Source: Octopus bimaculoides (taxonomy: Eukaryota). Taken from it: 64,000 nt of DNA. The stretch is from assembly GCF_001194135.2 (NCBI RefSeq), contig NC_068988.1, forward strand, positions 2,881,288 to 2,945,287, read 5' to 3'. Each line of letters begins with the position of its first letter. The first letter of the stretch is position 1. This document shows positions 1 through 12,600 of this stretch, in pieces. The notes below the pieces were generated by a model. The model was given only the letters and a program-made list of their open reading frames with translations. It did no database searches and was not told where the DNA came from. Position numbers and translations under genes: made by a program.

Positions 1-266
1 GCCCCTGGACTGGCTTGTGCGGGTGGCACATAAAAGACACCATTTCGAGCGTGGCCGTTTTCGTGCGGGTGACACGTAAAAGCACCCACTACACTCTCTG
101 AGTGGTTGGCATTAGGAAGGGCATCCAGCTGTAGAAACTCTGCCAAATTAGACTGGAGCCTGGTGTTGCCATCCGGTTTCACCAGTCCTCAGTCAAATCG
201 TCCAACTCATGCTAGCATGGAAAGCAGACGTTAAACGATGATGATGATGATGATGATGATGATGAT
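1..266 (+). mobile_element. Family A retroposon (probable RTE-LINE 3' end or derivative), (ATG)n tail
   Basis: Body GTGGTTGGCATTAGGAAGGGCATCCAGCTGTAGAAAC...CATGCTAGCATGGAAAGCAGACGTTAAAC plus (GAT)n tail; more than 12 related copies in the window. Confidence 0.8.
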
Positions 267-307
267 ATATATGTATGTATACACATGCACACACACACAT
301 ATTTTCT

Positions 308-492
308 GTGCCATGGTGGCACGTAAAAGCACCCATTACACTCTCAGAGTGGTTGGCATTAGGAAGGGCATCCAGCTGTAGAAAACCATGCCAAATCAGA
401 CTGGATCCTCTTGCAGCTTTCCAGCTTACCAGCCTTGGTCAAACCCATGCCAACATGGACAATAGACATTAAATGATGATGATGATGATGAT
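308..492 (+). mobile_element. Family A retroposon copy
   Basis: Same body and GAT tail, directly after the first copy. Confidence 0.8.
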
Positions 493-1129
493 ATGTATCC
501 ACTCTCTGTAAGTAAATCTATTTGACTGAAAGTTGTTTTAGGACGAATCCAAAGCAATAGTAAACCCATGTGATCAGCAACTGGACTCTTATAATTTGAT
601 GTCACCTTATACTTTTCTCATGCGTCGTATAACTAAAGCACAAGCCATCATCAGGTGTAGAAATCTTATTAACATTCAATTTCCTACTGAATGTGGTGCT
701 GCATTGACAAAAATTGACTGCAGTAAACTACGATGCATTTCACTGCATGTGGTATTTTGTGTGTGTAAATATGCATATTTACACACGCTTACACACTGTT
801 GAATTTGCCACATACATACAATAACAGAAATGTGAACTTTGCAGCAGTTAATTTGCAGTGAAGACGACCTAATAAATGAAATAAATGAACAATATTATAG
901 AGCTGATTCAATCTACTATAGCACATCACATTACAGAAAAAGGAGCTTTTTCATAGCTTAGCTATCATATCCACTTATATATTTGTCTAAATATTTTATT
1001 CATAGAAAGTTCAATATATAACTATCAACATACATATCTATATCTGCTTGCTTGCTCCATTTGTAGTTAATGCACTTGAGAAAAGCATGAAATACTTTCA
1101 GTGTCTGTAATAAATCAATATTTATGTAT

Positions 1130-1165
1130 ACTAGCAGATAACCCATCTTCGAGACTGGTTATGGT
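1130..1165 (-). mobile_element. Helitron-like 3' terminus
   Basis: Minus strand ends in CTAG|T preceded by a degenerate hairpin; ATACTAGCAG start is shared with 50081. Confidence 0.4.
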
Positions 1166-1269
1166 AGCTTAAAACCATAAATGGACAGATTTGCAGTAAT
1201 AGCAATGAAATAATCTAAGCATTACTCTGTGGTTAAGAAGTCCAGCTTCACAATTTCACCGTTCTGAGT

Positions 1270-2495
1270 TCGGTTCCACTCACTGGAATCTTGGGACAGT
1301 CATTACTACCATAGAGCACAAATTAAAGAATGACTTGTGCATGGAATTTGTGTGTTTGTATCTTAGTTTTACTTCTACTGTTGAATTGGCCAACCCATGA
1401 CTGCAGGGTGAGACACTTAGTATAGACACAAGCAGCATAAAAGAAGGCTTGTCTTTGAGTCGGTTGGCATTCAGTCTGGAACAGGCTGCCTTCATGCCTC
1501 TTATACTTCAGTCATAATTGCAACTCATCCACAACAAACTTATGGTCAGTGCCCATGAAGCTAGCACCCTATAAAACTCTGCAGTTCTGTTGGACTTTTC
1601 GGCAGACACAAACCCACAATCTACAAACGTCTACAAACACATGGTCGATCTTCTTTGCCACACCAGCAGTACTGGAATAACAAATCCAGCAATGCAGCTC
1701 AGAACACTGGTGCCAAGGGCCAGCAATGTGAAATTCATGGCTTTTGGCAAAGTCCAGGTGTAACACATCACTTCTGTAGCTAGTACTGAACCTAAAAGGA
1801 GTGACAATGCAACAATATCCCATCCTCTCAGTCCCTGTAGATATGTTAAAATCTCTCATAACCAAGGACATATCTCTGTTGGGGATGCTCCTCCTGGCAG
1901 AACACAGGTGGGCATACAATGTCTTCCTCACTGACCTGTCACTCCTAACAGTCAGAGCAGACACTGCAACCAAAGAAATGACACCCAGAGAATATCAAAT
2001 TCTCAGCCACGAATACTCATTGACAGGTGTTACATCTGATACTCTTTTAACCAACCAGTTGGCCACAGCAACTGCTATCCTACTTCACCCAGCATGTCAG
2101 CTGTCAGAGTACTCAGACCAGAGGTAGATGTAACCACTGATTTTGGCCTGGCTGGTGCATCTCTGATAGAGCCAGCACAGTGACCTGCAAACAGACGAGT
2201 TCCAAAGACATCAAGGGGCAGAATGGAGTCATTCTTCAAAGAGAGAACATTCCATGCCCTCACCTAAATAGGCTTCCTCAGGTTGAACTGAAATTCCCTG
2301 TTTCTAGTGAATGACCACTCAAGCAACAACAACCTTCAAACCAACCTGTCCCCCGGATAAGAATGGTGGTGTGGAGTGGGGAGGCTGGTATGCATGGGTG
2401 ATAGCTGGTCTTCCACAAAACAACCTTGCCTGGCCTTGTGCCTTGATGGGTAACCTTCTAGGTGCAATCCCATGGCCTTCCATCACCGCAGGGGG
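1270..2495 (-). mobile_element. Decayed RTE-clade LINE, AP-endonuclease region
   Basis: Minus-strand translation shows APE motifs: RAWNVLSL, VAVSALT, LVMRDFN (GDFN-like), LDFAKS, AKKIDHVFVD, GTDHKFVV; several frameshifts. Confidence 0.8.
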
Positions 2496-2739
2496 TCTTT
2501 TTACTACATACATACATTTATATATATGTAAATATATACATATATATGTCTGTTTGTGTCTATATATATGCACACACACAAACACACACACAAACACACA
2601 CACAAACACACACACAAACACACACACAAATGTGTACCTTTACAAAGTATTGTAATTATTTGATTAATTAATGCATCATAACACTTTAATTAAAGTTGCT
2701 TTGCATAATTCCATGCATATATGAATTTATAAGGTGAAA

Positions 2740-3001
2740 GATGCCTACTACTTCTCACTCCAGATGTGGCCCTCACCTTAGGTCCCTCTGTACATGCTAA
2801 ATGTTAAATACCTTGCCTCACCATTTCTATATAATCACTCAACCTAATAGAAATAGCTGCCAGATCTCCCTCGTAAACCACATCCTACCACCAAAAATAA
2901 AAAGATATGTTGGATATTGGGAAATGAAAGTTGAAACGTTTCAAAGGTCAAAGGTCTTCTCCTCAATCAGGATTGACCTGAGGTTAAACAACAACAGCAA
3001 C
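2740..3001 (+). mobile_element. Family D retroposon, (AAC)n tail
   Basis: ...TAGAAATAGCTGCCAGATCTCCCTC...CAATCAGGATTGACCTGAGGTTAAACAACAACAGCAAC; related to 20120, 26900, 34480 and 35640. Confidence 0.6.
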
Positions 3002-3045
3002 ACTTGTAGAATAACAGCAGAAGAAATATTATTATTAAGATGGTG

Positions 3046-3275
3046 AGGGTGGTGAGGGTGGTGAGCTGGCAGAATCGTTAGTATCTCAGGTAAAATGCTT
3101 AGTGGTATTGCATCTCTCTTTACATTCTGTGTTCAAATTCTGCTCAGGTCGACTTTGCGTTTCATTCATCTGGGATCAATGAAAAAAGTACCAATTGAGT
3201 GCTGGGGTCAATGTAATTGACTAGCCCCCTCCCCTAAAAAGTTACAGGCCCTGATTCTATAGTAGAAAGGGTTAC
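3046..3275 (+). mobile_element. Family C tRNA-derived SINE (stack copy 1)
   Basis: A-box TGGCAGAATCG, B-box GTTCAAATT, central AGGTCGACTTTGC..TTTCAT domain. Confidence 0.8.
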
Positions 3276-3553
3276 TAAGATGGTGGGTTGGCAGGATTGG
3301 GAGCATGGCAGAAAAAAAAAGAAAAATCTCTAATTGTTTGTTCTGAGTCATTATGTTCTGAGTTCAAATCATGTCCACGTTAACTTTACCTTTTATCCTT
3401 CTGAGGTCAATGAAATAAGATACTGGTCAAGTACTACGCTTAATGGTATCAACTTAACTTCCCTGAAAACTGCTAGTCGTGTGTCAAAATTTGAAAGATT
3501 TATCATCATCATCATCACCATCATTAACATCATCATTATCATTATTATTATTA
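3276..3553 (+). mobile_element. Family C SINE (stack copy 2, more decayed)
   Basis: GAGTTCAAAT B-box, central domain, ATC/ATT tail. Confidence 0.7.
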
Positions 3554-3760
3554 TTAAAGGTGGCAGAATTGTTAGCATGCCAGGTGAAATGCTTCGTGGT
3601 ATTTCATCTGCTGCTATGTTCTGAGTTCAAATTCCACTGAGGTTGATTTTGCCTTTCATTCTTTTGGGGTTAATAAATTAAGTACCAGTTGCAAACTGGA
3701 GTCGATCTAATGGAGTGGCTCCCCTCCCCAAAAATATCAGGCCTCGTGCCTAGAGTAGAG

Positions 3761-3804
<44 letters not shown>

Positions 3805-3821
3805 CATCATCATCATCATCA

Positions 3822-3879
<58 letters not shown>
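3554..3879 (+). mobile_element. Family C SINE (stack copy 3) with long (ATT/ATC)n tail
   Basis: Full head-body-tail; tail about 3764-3879. Confidence 0.85.
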
Positions 3880-3880
<1 letters not shown>

Positions 3881-4111
3881 AGGTGGTGGGCTGGTAGAAT
3901 TGTTAGCATGCTGGATGAAATACTTAGCGTTATTTCGCCTGTTGCTTTGTTCTGAGTTCAAATTCCGCCAAGGTCGACTTTATCTTTCATTCTTTTGGGG
4001 TTGATAAACAAGTGAAATTCTGAGGTAGACATGATTGACTTACCCCCTCCCCACAAATTTCAGAACTTGTGCCTATAGTAGAAAGGATTATTATTATTAT
4101 TATTATTATTA
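3880..4111 (+). mobile_element. Family C SINE (stack copy 4)
   Basis: Full head, body and ATT tail. Confidence 0.85.
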
Positions 4112-4159
4112 TTTTGTAATTCCCTAACATTATAATATATTTATATATATATATATATG

Positions 4160-4209
<50 letters not shown>

Positions 4210-4211
<2 letters not shown>

Positions 4212-4620
4212 AGCTGCATCCTCGTAACTTGAGAAAAGCCATTGCCAAGAATTCTTATTGAAATGATTCATGAGCGTTGACATGTGATGCCCTTATATGA
4301 CTTTTGAATGCGGCCAAGCTTTTACACATTTTATTACATACTAGACAACTGTGCTGGCTGTCAAGAGAAACACGTGCCACCATATGCACTCTCTTAACAT
4401 GTCCTTTTAGGCCTCCAACTCAGAGGCACACCCTTCCACATTTTACACATGTTCTGTTGTGAATTTTAATAGCCACATCATTGTTTATCATGGGTCGACT
4501 TCTATGAGAATTTTGATGGCTCACCAGGACTGCACGACTCAGACCACACACATAAAAAGCAATACTCTCTCACTTTTCACAGGTTCCTCCCTTCTAAGCT
4601 CCCTCCCAATTCTCTCATAC
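4210..4620 (-). mobile_element. RTE-type LINE 3' end remnant(s) with C2H2 finger
   Basis: Minus-strand translation CLVCNKMCKSLAAFKSHIRASH; a second finger-like end upstream (CGLSRAVLVSHQNSHR); followed by an (AT)n tract. Confidence 0.55.
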
Positions 4621-4708
4621 TTCACTCTCACCCTCTCAAACCTTGAGCAACCATCATACACTATCTTCCTCCATCTAGGAAGATATATATATATACACAC
4701 ACACAGAC

Positions 4709-4745
<37 letters not shown>

Positions 4746-5387
4746 TACACACATATATACGCATACATTAATATCCTAGTGGTTATTGTCTAACCACCCA
4801 TTGTAAAATTTCAGTAGGAGGAAATAAACAATATAGCAACTTCCCATCTGGCTGTCCTGACTTTGTAGTGAAGCTGCTTCAACAAGACTTTAGTTACCTT
4901 TCACCTGGATGACATAGTGCTGACATGCAGAGACACAAAACTTACACTTTGACATCTTATCTCTCATGACTTGTCAGAATGGTTAATTTGATTTTGTATC
5001 ATGATCAAAATGGTATCAGACATTACATAAAACATTTGATTTTCTTTCAATCTGGCTTGTAGCTGTCTTGAGAGAGTATAATGAATTCTGTAATTAAATT
5101 TACTCGTCTTCATCTATATAGGATTTACTGAGAAGATGTCGACTCATTGAATTTGACATACTATATAAGTTAGATAATAAATTCCTTTAAAATGCTTCAA
5201 ACTGTCTTGATTGGAGATTATTATATCTCCACCACAACACAGCTATATAAACACTTCACGAGTAGATTATTAAACACATCATACACACCCACACACAGAT
5301 TTACAAATAAATTCAGTCACAGCTGTGTTGTTAAGCAATTCACATTGAAACTATGTTGCATCAAGTTCAATCTTATGGGTGAGTTTA

Positions 5388-5618
5388 TTAACAGTTCAGC
5401 ATATAAATAGGCCACATTTGGCCCAAATATTCTCCCTGTTTTATGTTCAAACTAGCCAGATCTGGCTTCTCACACCTACCCTACAACATCATTCTAATAA
5501 TATACAGTCACATCTTCAAAATCTCAAAGCTATGAGATAATGCACGATTAATTAAAAACAAGGTGATTCTTAATTAAACATTACTTTTGACAGAGTAATC
5601 TGAATGCTGAAGGATTAA
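5388..5618 (+). mobile_element. TTAA-flanked MITE, piggyBac-like non-autonomous element
   Basis: TTAA at 5388-5391 and 5615-5618; degenerate terminal inverted motif TTCAGCAT / ATGCTGAA. Confidence 0.55.
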
Positions 5619-5909
5619 AAGTCTTGAGCTGAGTTCAAGAAAGACTTTCAGGAAAAATTTGGTAAATGACATCTGTATGGAAGACCAGCCTAGGGACAAT
5701 CCCATGATCCTTGGTGGTTGACTTTGTCTGTCCTAAGTGGTCATCTGACCACTGGGCACTGTTAGCAGAAACCACATTGTAGCAAACATTTAACTCAGGT
5801 GCCTTGTCAGGGATTAACTTTCATTCTCTCATCAAACTCATTGACCCTGCAAACAGTCATGGAATGTAGTTTCTCTTTTTATGAAACCATTAATAAAATA
5901 TTCAATATG

Positions 5910-6400
5910 TCATCATCATCATTTAACGTCCACTTTCCATGCTGGCATGGGTTGGATGGTTTGGCTGAGGACTAGCGAACCAGATAGCTGCACCAGGCTC
6001 CAATCTGATCTGGCAAGGTTTCTACAGCTGGATGTCCTTCCTAATGCCAACCACTCCGAGAGTGTAATGGGTGCTTTTTTATGTGCCACTGACACAGGAG
6101 CCAGTCAGGCAGCACTGGCATTAACCATACTCAAATGGTGCTTTTTGCATACCACGGGCACAGGTATCAGTCAGGTGGCAATGACATGGGTCATGCTGGA
6201 ATGGTGCCTTTTACGTGCCACAAGCATGACTGCCAGTCCGGTGGCACTGGCACTGGCCATGCTCGAATGGTGCTTTTTATATGGCACAAGCATGACTGCC
6301 AGTCAGACAGCAATGGCATCAGCCACGCTTGAATGGTAGTTTTTATGTGCCATGGCATGGCTGCCAGTTAAGCAGCACTGGCATCGGCCACGATTACGAT
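5910..6400 (-). mobile_element. Family A retroposon with several internal tandem subunits
   Basis: (CAT)n at left, antisense body, about 5 repeats of a TGGTGC(C/T)TTTT..GTGCCA subunit. Confidence 0.85.
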
Positions 6401-6839
6401 TTCATATATATATGTATTCGTATATATTTCTATGTCCACGTGAAACTGTATAAACATAACAGACGTTTATGTCTATGTTGTGTTCCAAGCAAATTTTATT
6501 CACTTTACTAATAGAAAGACTGCTAAAACCTTTAGGTATACCTTGGAGTAGACTTTTAATATGAAAATATACCCTGCCAATACAACATTAATTAATGTAG
6601 AAGAACAACCCAAAATGTGTCAAATATTTAAGTGAAGCATAACAACATCGGTTTAAATACGATTTCTCTGGAGCAATAAAATTTAGGATTACTGATTGTA
6701 AAGGTAAGTTTGATAATACTTGAAATGGCTTTGTCCACTCACTCCTCCATTTGCAAATGAAATGACACCTAAAATCCTTGAGATTACCCAATGGTAAACT
6801 TCAATCTATCTATGTTTGTCTGTCAGAGCAATGAGAACC

Positions 6840-7250
6840 ATTTGGTGATCATTTGGGGAGACTGATGACCTGCACAATGACTTTGCTTGAAGTGGACGAG
6901 TGTTGTGCACTGTGATCCTCACTCAGTCGTCCCTGGCCATCTTCAATCCAGCTGCAAAACCAAGTCAAGACGAATAGGGATGGAGATGGGAGCAGAGGTT
7001 GGCCAAGATGTCTCACTTGCCTCATCTCACTCTCTGCTCTCCACGACCCCGTGACTGGATGGAGCTTAAAGTCATACGCTGGACACAAAGTTTTGTAAAC
7101 ACACACACACACACACACACACACATTTTTTTCTATGGCCAGGTTCCAGCTTAGGCCACAGGAACAAAGTTCATCCACAACACTTCTTAGTTCATCATTC
7201 TTACCTCAAGGTCCTGGATACATTCCAGGGTGGTGTCAGTGATCAAGTTG
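6840..7250 (-). mobile_element. Decayed RTE-like LINE 3' fragments split by (CA)n
   Basis: Minus-strand translation LRSVVDELCSCGLSWNLA resembles the RTE C-terminal W..TV..EL..GL.W motif. Confidence 0.4.
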
Positions 7251-7733
7251 TTAATGTAAGCTTGACCCCATTCCATTTAACCCCCCAGGTGACATAGATA
7301 ATGAAGTGCAGTGACATTTTCTTTGGAACGTCACTTTGTTTTCTTTGGAAAATGACATAAGAGGATTTCATAGACGACTTTTAATGGTGTCTCTGGTTGC
7401 ACCAGTGGTCACAAAAAACATGTGAAAACATGCGTAACGATACATTAACTTATTTGTAAATTCCATCTATGGATTATTATTATTATCATTATTACTATGT
7501 TTATCCTACATTATGTTGGCACAACTCAGTGTGATCACAGAAAACTGCTGTTGCAAGCTGGAATTATTAGGTCTCATAGCTGACATCATAAAATAGGAAC
7601 TTTTATATGTGTACTCAAAATCGTTTCCCATAAACGAACTTAAAGGGTATATACATACATACATATATATATATAAATATATATATATGCATGTATATAT
7701 ATCAAGAAAGCGAGAAAGAGAGAGAAAGGTAGA

Positions 7734-7872
<139 letters not shown>

Positions 7873-8820
7873 AACACAGTAAAAGAACATCAGTTTAGAG
7901 AAAGGAAATCAAGCAACAGGTGACTAATTCAATTTGCTGCTTCCCTTCCGACACATGCTGAAACTCATATATAATTTGTGGAAAACAGCTACTGATTTGG
8001 AATCAAAAGAGTTGTTTATAGACATATATGGTGTTATACCAAACAGGGCTTTATAATGTAAATTACACTGTACACATTAATATTTACTGTGTCCAAGTAA
8101 ATTCAAGATGGTGCTAGCCATATTTTTCGGAATGAAACAGTGATGGTAGAAATCAGAAGTTGGAGGTTCTTTTAGAAGATTTGTGTTATGATGAAATAAT
8201 TATAGATAAGGTATAAATATCATAGCAACATTAGCTATTCAGGGTGAATCAGCTCTAAGTCAAAGCTAGTAGCCAATGTGTATACACACACAGACACACA
8301 AACACACACACACATGTGTGTGTATATGTGGGTGTATACATATATATCTATATATGTGTATATGTAGGTGTATACATATATATCTATATATGTGTATACA
8401 TACATATGTATAGTCTTGTGTTGATATATATACATATATATATGTATATATCTATGTGTGCATATATATATATTCATACATGTATATAATATAAACATAT
8501 ATATGCTCATGTATATGAATAAATACACACATACACACACACTCACAAACACACACACATATATGTGCATGTGTGTATGTACATATATATGCATATATGT
8601 GTACATATATATATATGTCGATACAGAACATTGAACATTGTTGTAGCATTTGTGCTTCAGATATTCATAAATTCATAAATTCATACATTATTAATGGATA
8701 AAGGATAGCATTAATTAATGTCAATTAATCATTGAGTTGCCTGAATTCTTTAACATTTCCAATGATTGGTGCAGAACATGAATTCATTATTGTTGCCACA
8801 TTAACAAGAGAGGACATTAA

Positions 8821-8860
8821 CGTAAGCTTTCGACCACACCTCTGACCATCTTCAGAAGTG
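8821..8860 (-). ncRNA. Degenerate hammerhead-like motif (Penelope-type terminus)
   Basis: Minus strand: CTGAAGA-T-GGTC-AGAGGTGT-GGTC-GAAA-GCTT; stem II only with G:U pairs; no convincing stem I. Confidence 0.3.
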
Positions 8861-9779
8861 TGAAGTCTGGTGAGAGACACAAGTAATAACATGTCACGTA
8901 TCGAGGGAAATAGTAGATCTCAGTGGTCTTAGGTATGTAGATGACAGGGAATTCTTACATACTGCCCCTAAACAAAAAATTGGAGACATAAAGAAAGAAA
9001 GAGAAAAGCGGGGGGGGGGTGGAAAAGGAAAAGCAAAGTGTGATAAATATAGAGGAGGGAATAAATATGGAGAAAGAGTTTGGAATGATGGCATAGAACA
9101 TGCATTTTATAGTCAAAAGAGATAATTTGTCTCAATATGAGCTAAGAATGTTTGACATTCTAATGACTGTTGTCAAATATCTGAAATTATTAAACTTCAT
9201 TAATAATAGAAAAAATGGCATTAAAAAATTTCTTTCATATTTATAGGAATTCAACATTCCTAGATTGTACTTTCGCAACCATTTTGAAGAAGGATTATCA
9301 TTATTTATTATTCCATGTGATTGAGAAGATTATGGCATCTGTTTTGCATTTATCTGTGTATGTATGTTTGTATGTATGTATGTATGTATGTTTGTATGTA
9401 TTTTTACATGTATGTATGTACGTATATATGTATATAAGTCTGTACGTACGCACATATGTATGTCATTATTCAGTATATTTCAAGATTTCTTGCCAATAGA
9501 GAAAGAAGCGGTTTCTAACCTAGATCCAAGGTCCCTTCATTGGAATTTCAACATCAACAATAAGGTATTTTTGTTTGCATGTATGTATGTGTGTGTAGAT
9601 TTGTGTGTTTTATGTATGTATTCTCATGCATATAGTTACATATCCAGAGAACGGTGAAAGAGACATGGTGGGACAGTTACTCTAACTAACAGAGTTTGCA
9701 CCTTGCAGATAGCCATTGCTGCCCTGATAATAATAAGCAGGGATGTAGTCCAGTGGTCAAGAACACAGGGGTCAAGATC

Positions 9780-10700
9780 TTCACTGCCATGGGCTTGACC
9801 ACAAATCTGTCATAGTAGGGCCCATACATTGAGATTTTGCCCTTCTCAACTTGACAAACTGTGAAGCCTGAGTTGGCAGCCAAACGCATCGGGTTGCCAC
9901 TGGAGAAGATTCTATTATATATTAGAGCTGAAACATGGCTGACCAAATCACTAGAGTAGGGAAAAATTAGCTAAGTATTTGGCATAATGTACCTTGGCAC
10001 TATTTCAGAGTTGTATCTGAGATAATAATACTTAGCTGACCTTTGCTAAATTCACCAAACTACCTGTAATTCTTCCTTCTGGTTGTCATATAAGCTAAAA
10101 GACCGAAATGGAGAAATCACACCATTGTATTCTTTCATTGAAATGGTATTTGAAGACTGGACTCTCAGAGTTATGCCAACAATGTAGCATAATTACAGTC
10201 GCAAGAAACTGCTAATAACACTGGAGCCCAGATTTATAAACTGGAATATCATAATATTTAGGTTATTTCCAGGGAGACCATTGAACTAGGATCCAAAAGT
10301 AAACAATGAAACCATTGGTAGCCAATATCCCCTCACCTTACTCTTTGAGAATCATTGACCTTGAGAAATTCCTAACCATCAGGCAATGACAATTCTCTAT
10401 CTTTACAATTCCCAGACCTTTACCAAATGAAGAAATCAATACATAATGTTGAGTGAAAGACAATTACATGATCAGGATTATTTTACTAATACACATCAGG
10501 TATTTATGCTATTTAAAGATTCCACTGTTGAAATTTTACCATTTATAGCTAAGCATTATAGATTTCCTCATTGAAGGAAAGCGTTCAGCAAAATACAGGT
10601 CAAATTATCTCATTGAAACTGCCTGTGGGATTGAAGTAATGTAAATAGCATCAATTTGAATGGGAGGCTAATATCCTGATGGATAATTATCTTTAGACAT
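9780..10700 (+). mobile_element. Highly decayed L1/Tx1-like RT region
   Basis: SPPLYSFIEM (SPLLF-like), YANNVA*L (YADD-like), TGAQIYK (SGAKIN-like), DFLIEGK in the expected order. Confidence 0.4.
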
Positions 10701-10745
10701 TCCCGCCACATGTTATATGAAACTAATTCTCAGTTCCCATTAAGT

Positions 10746-10776
<31 letters not shown>

Positions 10777-10901
10777 TCTGTAATATAAGATTGCTTTGTA
10801 TCTATGCCCTTAAGGTTTGGATACAGAACAAGATAATTTATAATAGTTTTAGTTCATACCACTTTTAACACAGCAGTAAATGTGCACCGCATGTACATAT
10901 G

Positions 10902-10939
<38 letters not shown>

Positions 10940-10974
10940 AACATCTGTGTATGTAGGTATGTGTGTGTGCAAAG

Positions 10975-11100
10975 GCATGTGGCCTAGGGGTTAGGATGCT
11001 GGACTAGTGATCACAAGATCAAAGGTTCAATTCCTGACTCAGTCTACATGTTCCATCCTTAAGCAAAGTTCTTCATTTCATGCAGCCCCAGTTTACTTTT
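10975..11100 (+). mobile_element. Family E tRNA-headed SINE with CORE-like domain
   Basis: GTGGCCTAGGGGTTAGG A-box, GGTTCAATTCC B-box, CCTTAAGCAAAG..TTTCA..CCAGTT; related to 46850 and 52430. Confidence 0.55.
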
Positions 11101-11132
11101 ACAGGTGTGTATAATGTAATGTTTATCCTTTG

Positions 11133-11310
11133 TCTTTTATTTGTTTCAGTGATTAGACTGCGGCCATGCTGGGGCACTGCCTTGAAGAAATTTTAGTTGA
11201 ATGAATCGACCCCAGGACTTTTTTTACTAAACCTGGTACTTATTCTATTGGTTTCTTTTGCTGAACCACTAAGTTACAGGGACATAAAACACACCAACAC
11301 CACTTGTCAA
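11133..11310 (-). mobile_element. Family B SINE, 3' half
   Basis: TTTCAGT..GACTGCGGCCATGCTGGGGCAC..TCGACCCCAGGACTT. Confidence 0.75.
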
Positions 11311-11954
11311 ACACACACATGTAGACACACACACACACACACACAAACTAATAAAGTATTCCATCTGGTGAGAGATAGGTATTATTATTTAAAGGACACA
11401 ATACATGTATTAAAGTGCTACTAATAGTTCCATATGTTGAGAAATATCTCAGACATATTCATCAGGCACAAAGCACGTATCATAAAGAACTAAAAAAATT
11501 GAATGAGAGAAGAAACACGAAAAGTTGAGAAGGAAGCATATGGAAAATGTGGAAGATTTATGTGTGTGTGTGTGTGTGTGCGTGTGTGTGCGTGTGTGTA
11601 AATCCATTTGATTCAGTAGATTTCTAAAAGATGGTAATATTTCTAATGATTTAGTCCAGTGAAGAAGTTGGAAAATTCACCACGATGTACTTGTTACTCT
11701 CACTTTCATGTTAGAAGTTTTCTTCAAAGAATGTCATCTTGAAATGACTGTGTATGTATGTGTATGTATAATGTGTACATATGTGTGTGCTTGAATATGT
11801 GTGTGCATGCATGTGTATGTGTTTGTGAGTGTGCATATATATGTACATGTGTGTGTTTATCAACAATGGGAGCATGATCAATTTTAATGTCATAGCTTTA
11901 CCCATACGTACACATCAATATCATTATACACATGCATTTAACTATTTGTGCATA

Positions 11955-12005
<51 letters not shown>

Positions 12006-12359
12006 GCACATACATATGTATATCTTATATACATATATGTGTGTGTGTCTGTATACAGCCACTCTAATGGGAGCACTTAGTTTCTAAATTGCTCTCTTCA
12101 TAAACGGGATTGTCAAATATGTATAAATCAGAGCTTATGGAGGGAATCATTAAAATCCAAAGTGGAGACCGTTTTTGAGTGCATTATAGTCCTTCATTAT
12201 GGTTGCCAGTAGTAAAGTTCTGCAGCCCTATTTTATTTGAATTCAGCCTGATTAACTGATAAGATTTAGGTCAAATCAAACTGATCTCAGATTGATAATT
12301 GCTTCTTTAGAGGAGGCCTTTGATAAATGTTGTAATAAGTAACATGAAGAGGTCGTTAT

Positions 12360-12600
12360 TATCATCATCATCATCATCATCATTTAACACCTATCATTTT
12401 GAATGCTTGGGTTGGATAAGTTCAACAAGATCCAATACATCAGAGCACTGTATTGGATTCCAGTGTCTGCTTGGGCATGGTTTCTGTGGCTGGATGACTT
12501 TTTTAATGCCAACCACTTTACAGAGTGGATTGAACACCTTTCTTTTTAATGGCACCTGTTCTAACGAGAATTGCTTCATAACTTGCCAGGCTATGAGCCC
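12360..12600 (-). mobile_element. Decayed family A retroposon
   Basis: (ATC)n-TTTAAC start; TGGATGAC..AATGCCAACCACTTTACAGAGTG. Confidence 0.6.

Noticed and set aside
630-690. Minus-strand CTGATGA...GAAA hammerhead candidate
   Set aside because: Stem II base and stem I do not pair
3334-4283. Poly-Ile/Asn/Asp ORFs
   Set aside because: Translations of the (ATT/ATC)n SINE tails; the same holds for 22157-22563, 30240-30735 and 59299-59784
5881-6339. 152-aa ORF with repeated LEWC motifs
   Set aside because: Antisense reading of family A tandem subunits
10975-11050. tRNA-like A/B boxes (also at other SINE heads)
   Set aside because: No cloverleaf or acceptor stem; they continue into SINE bodies
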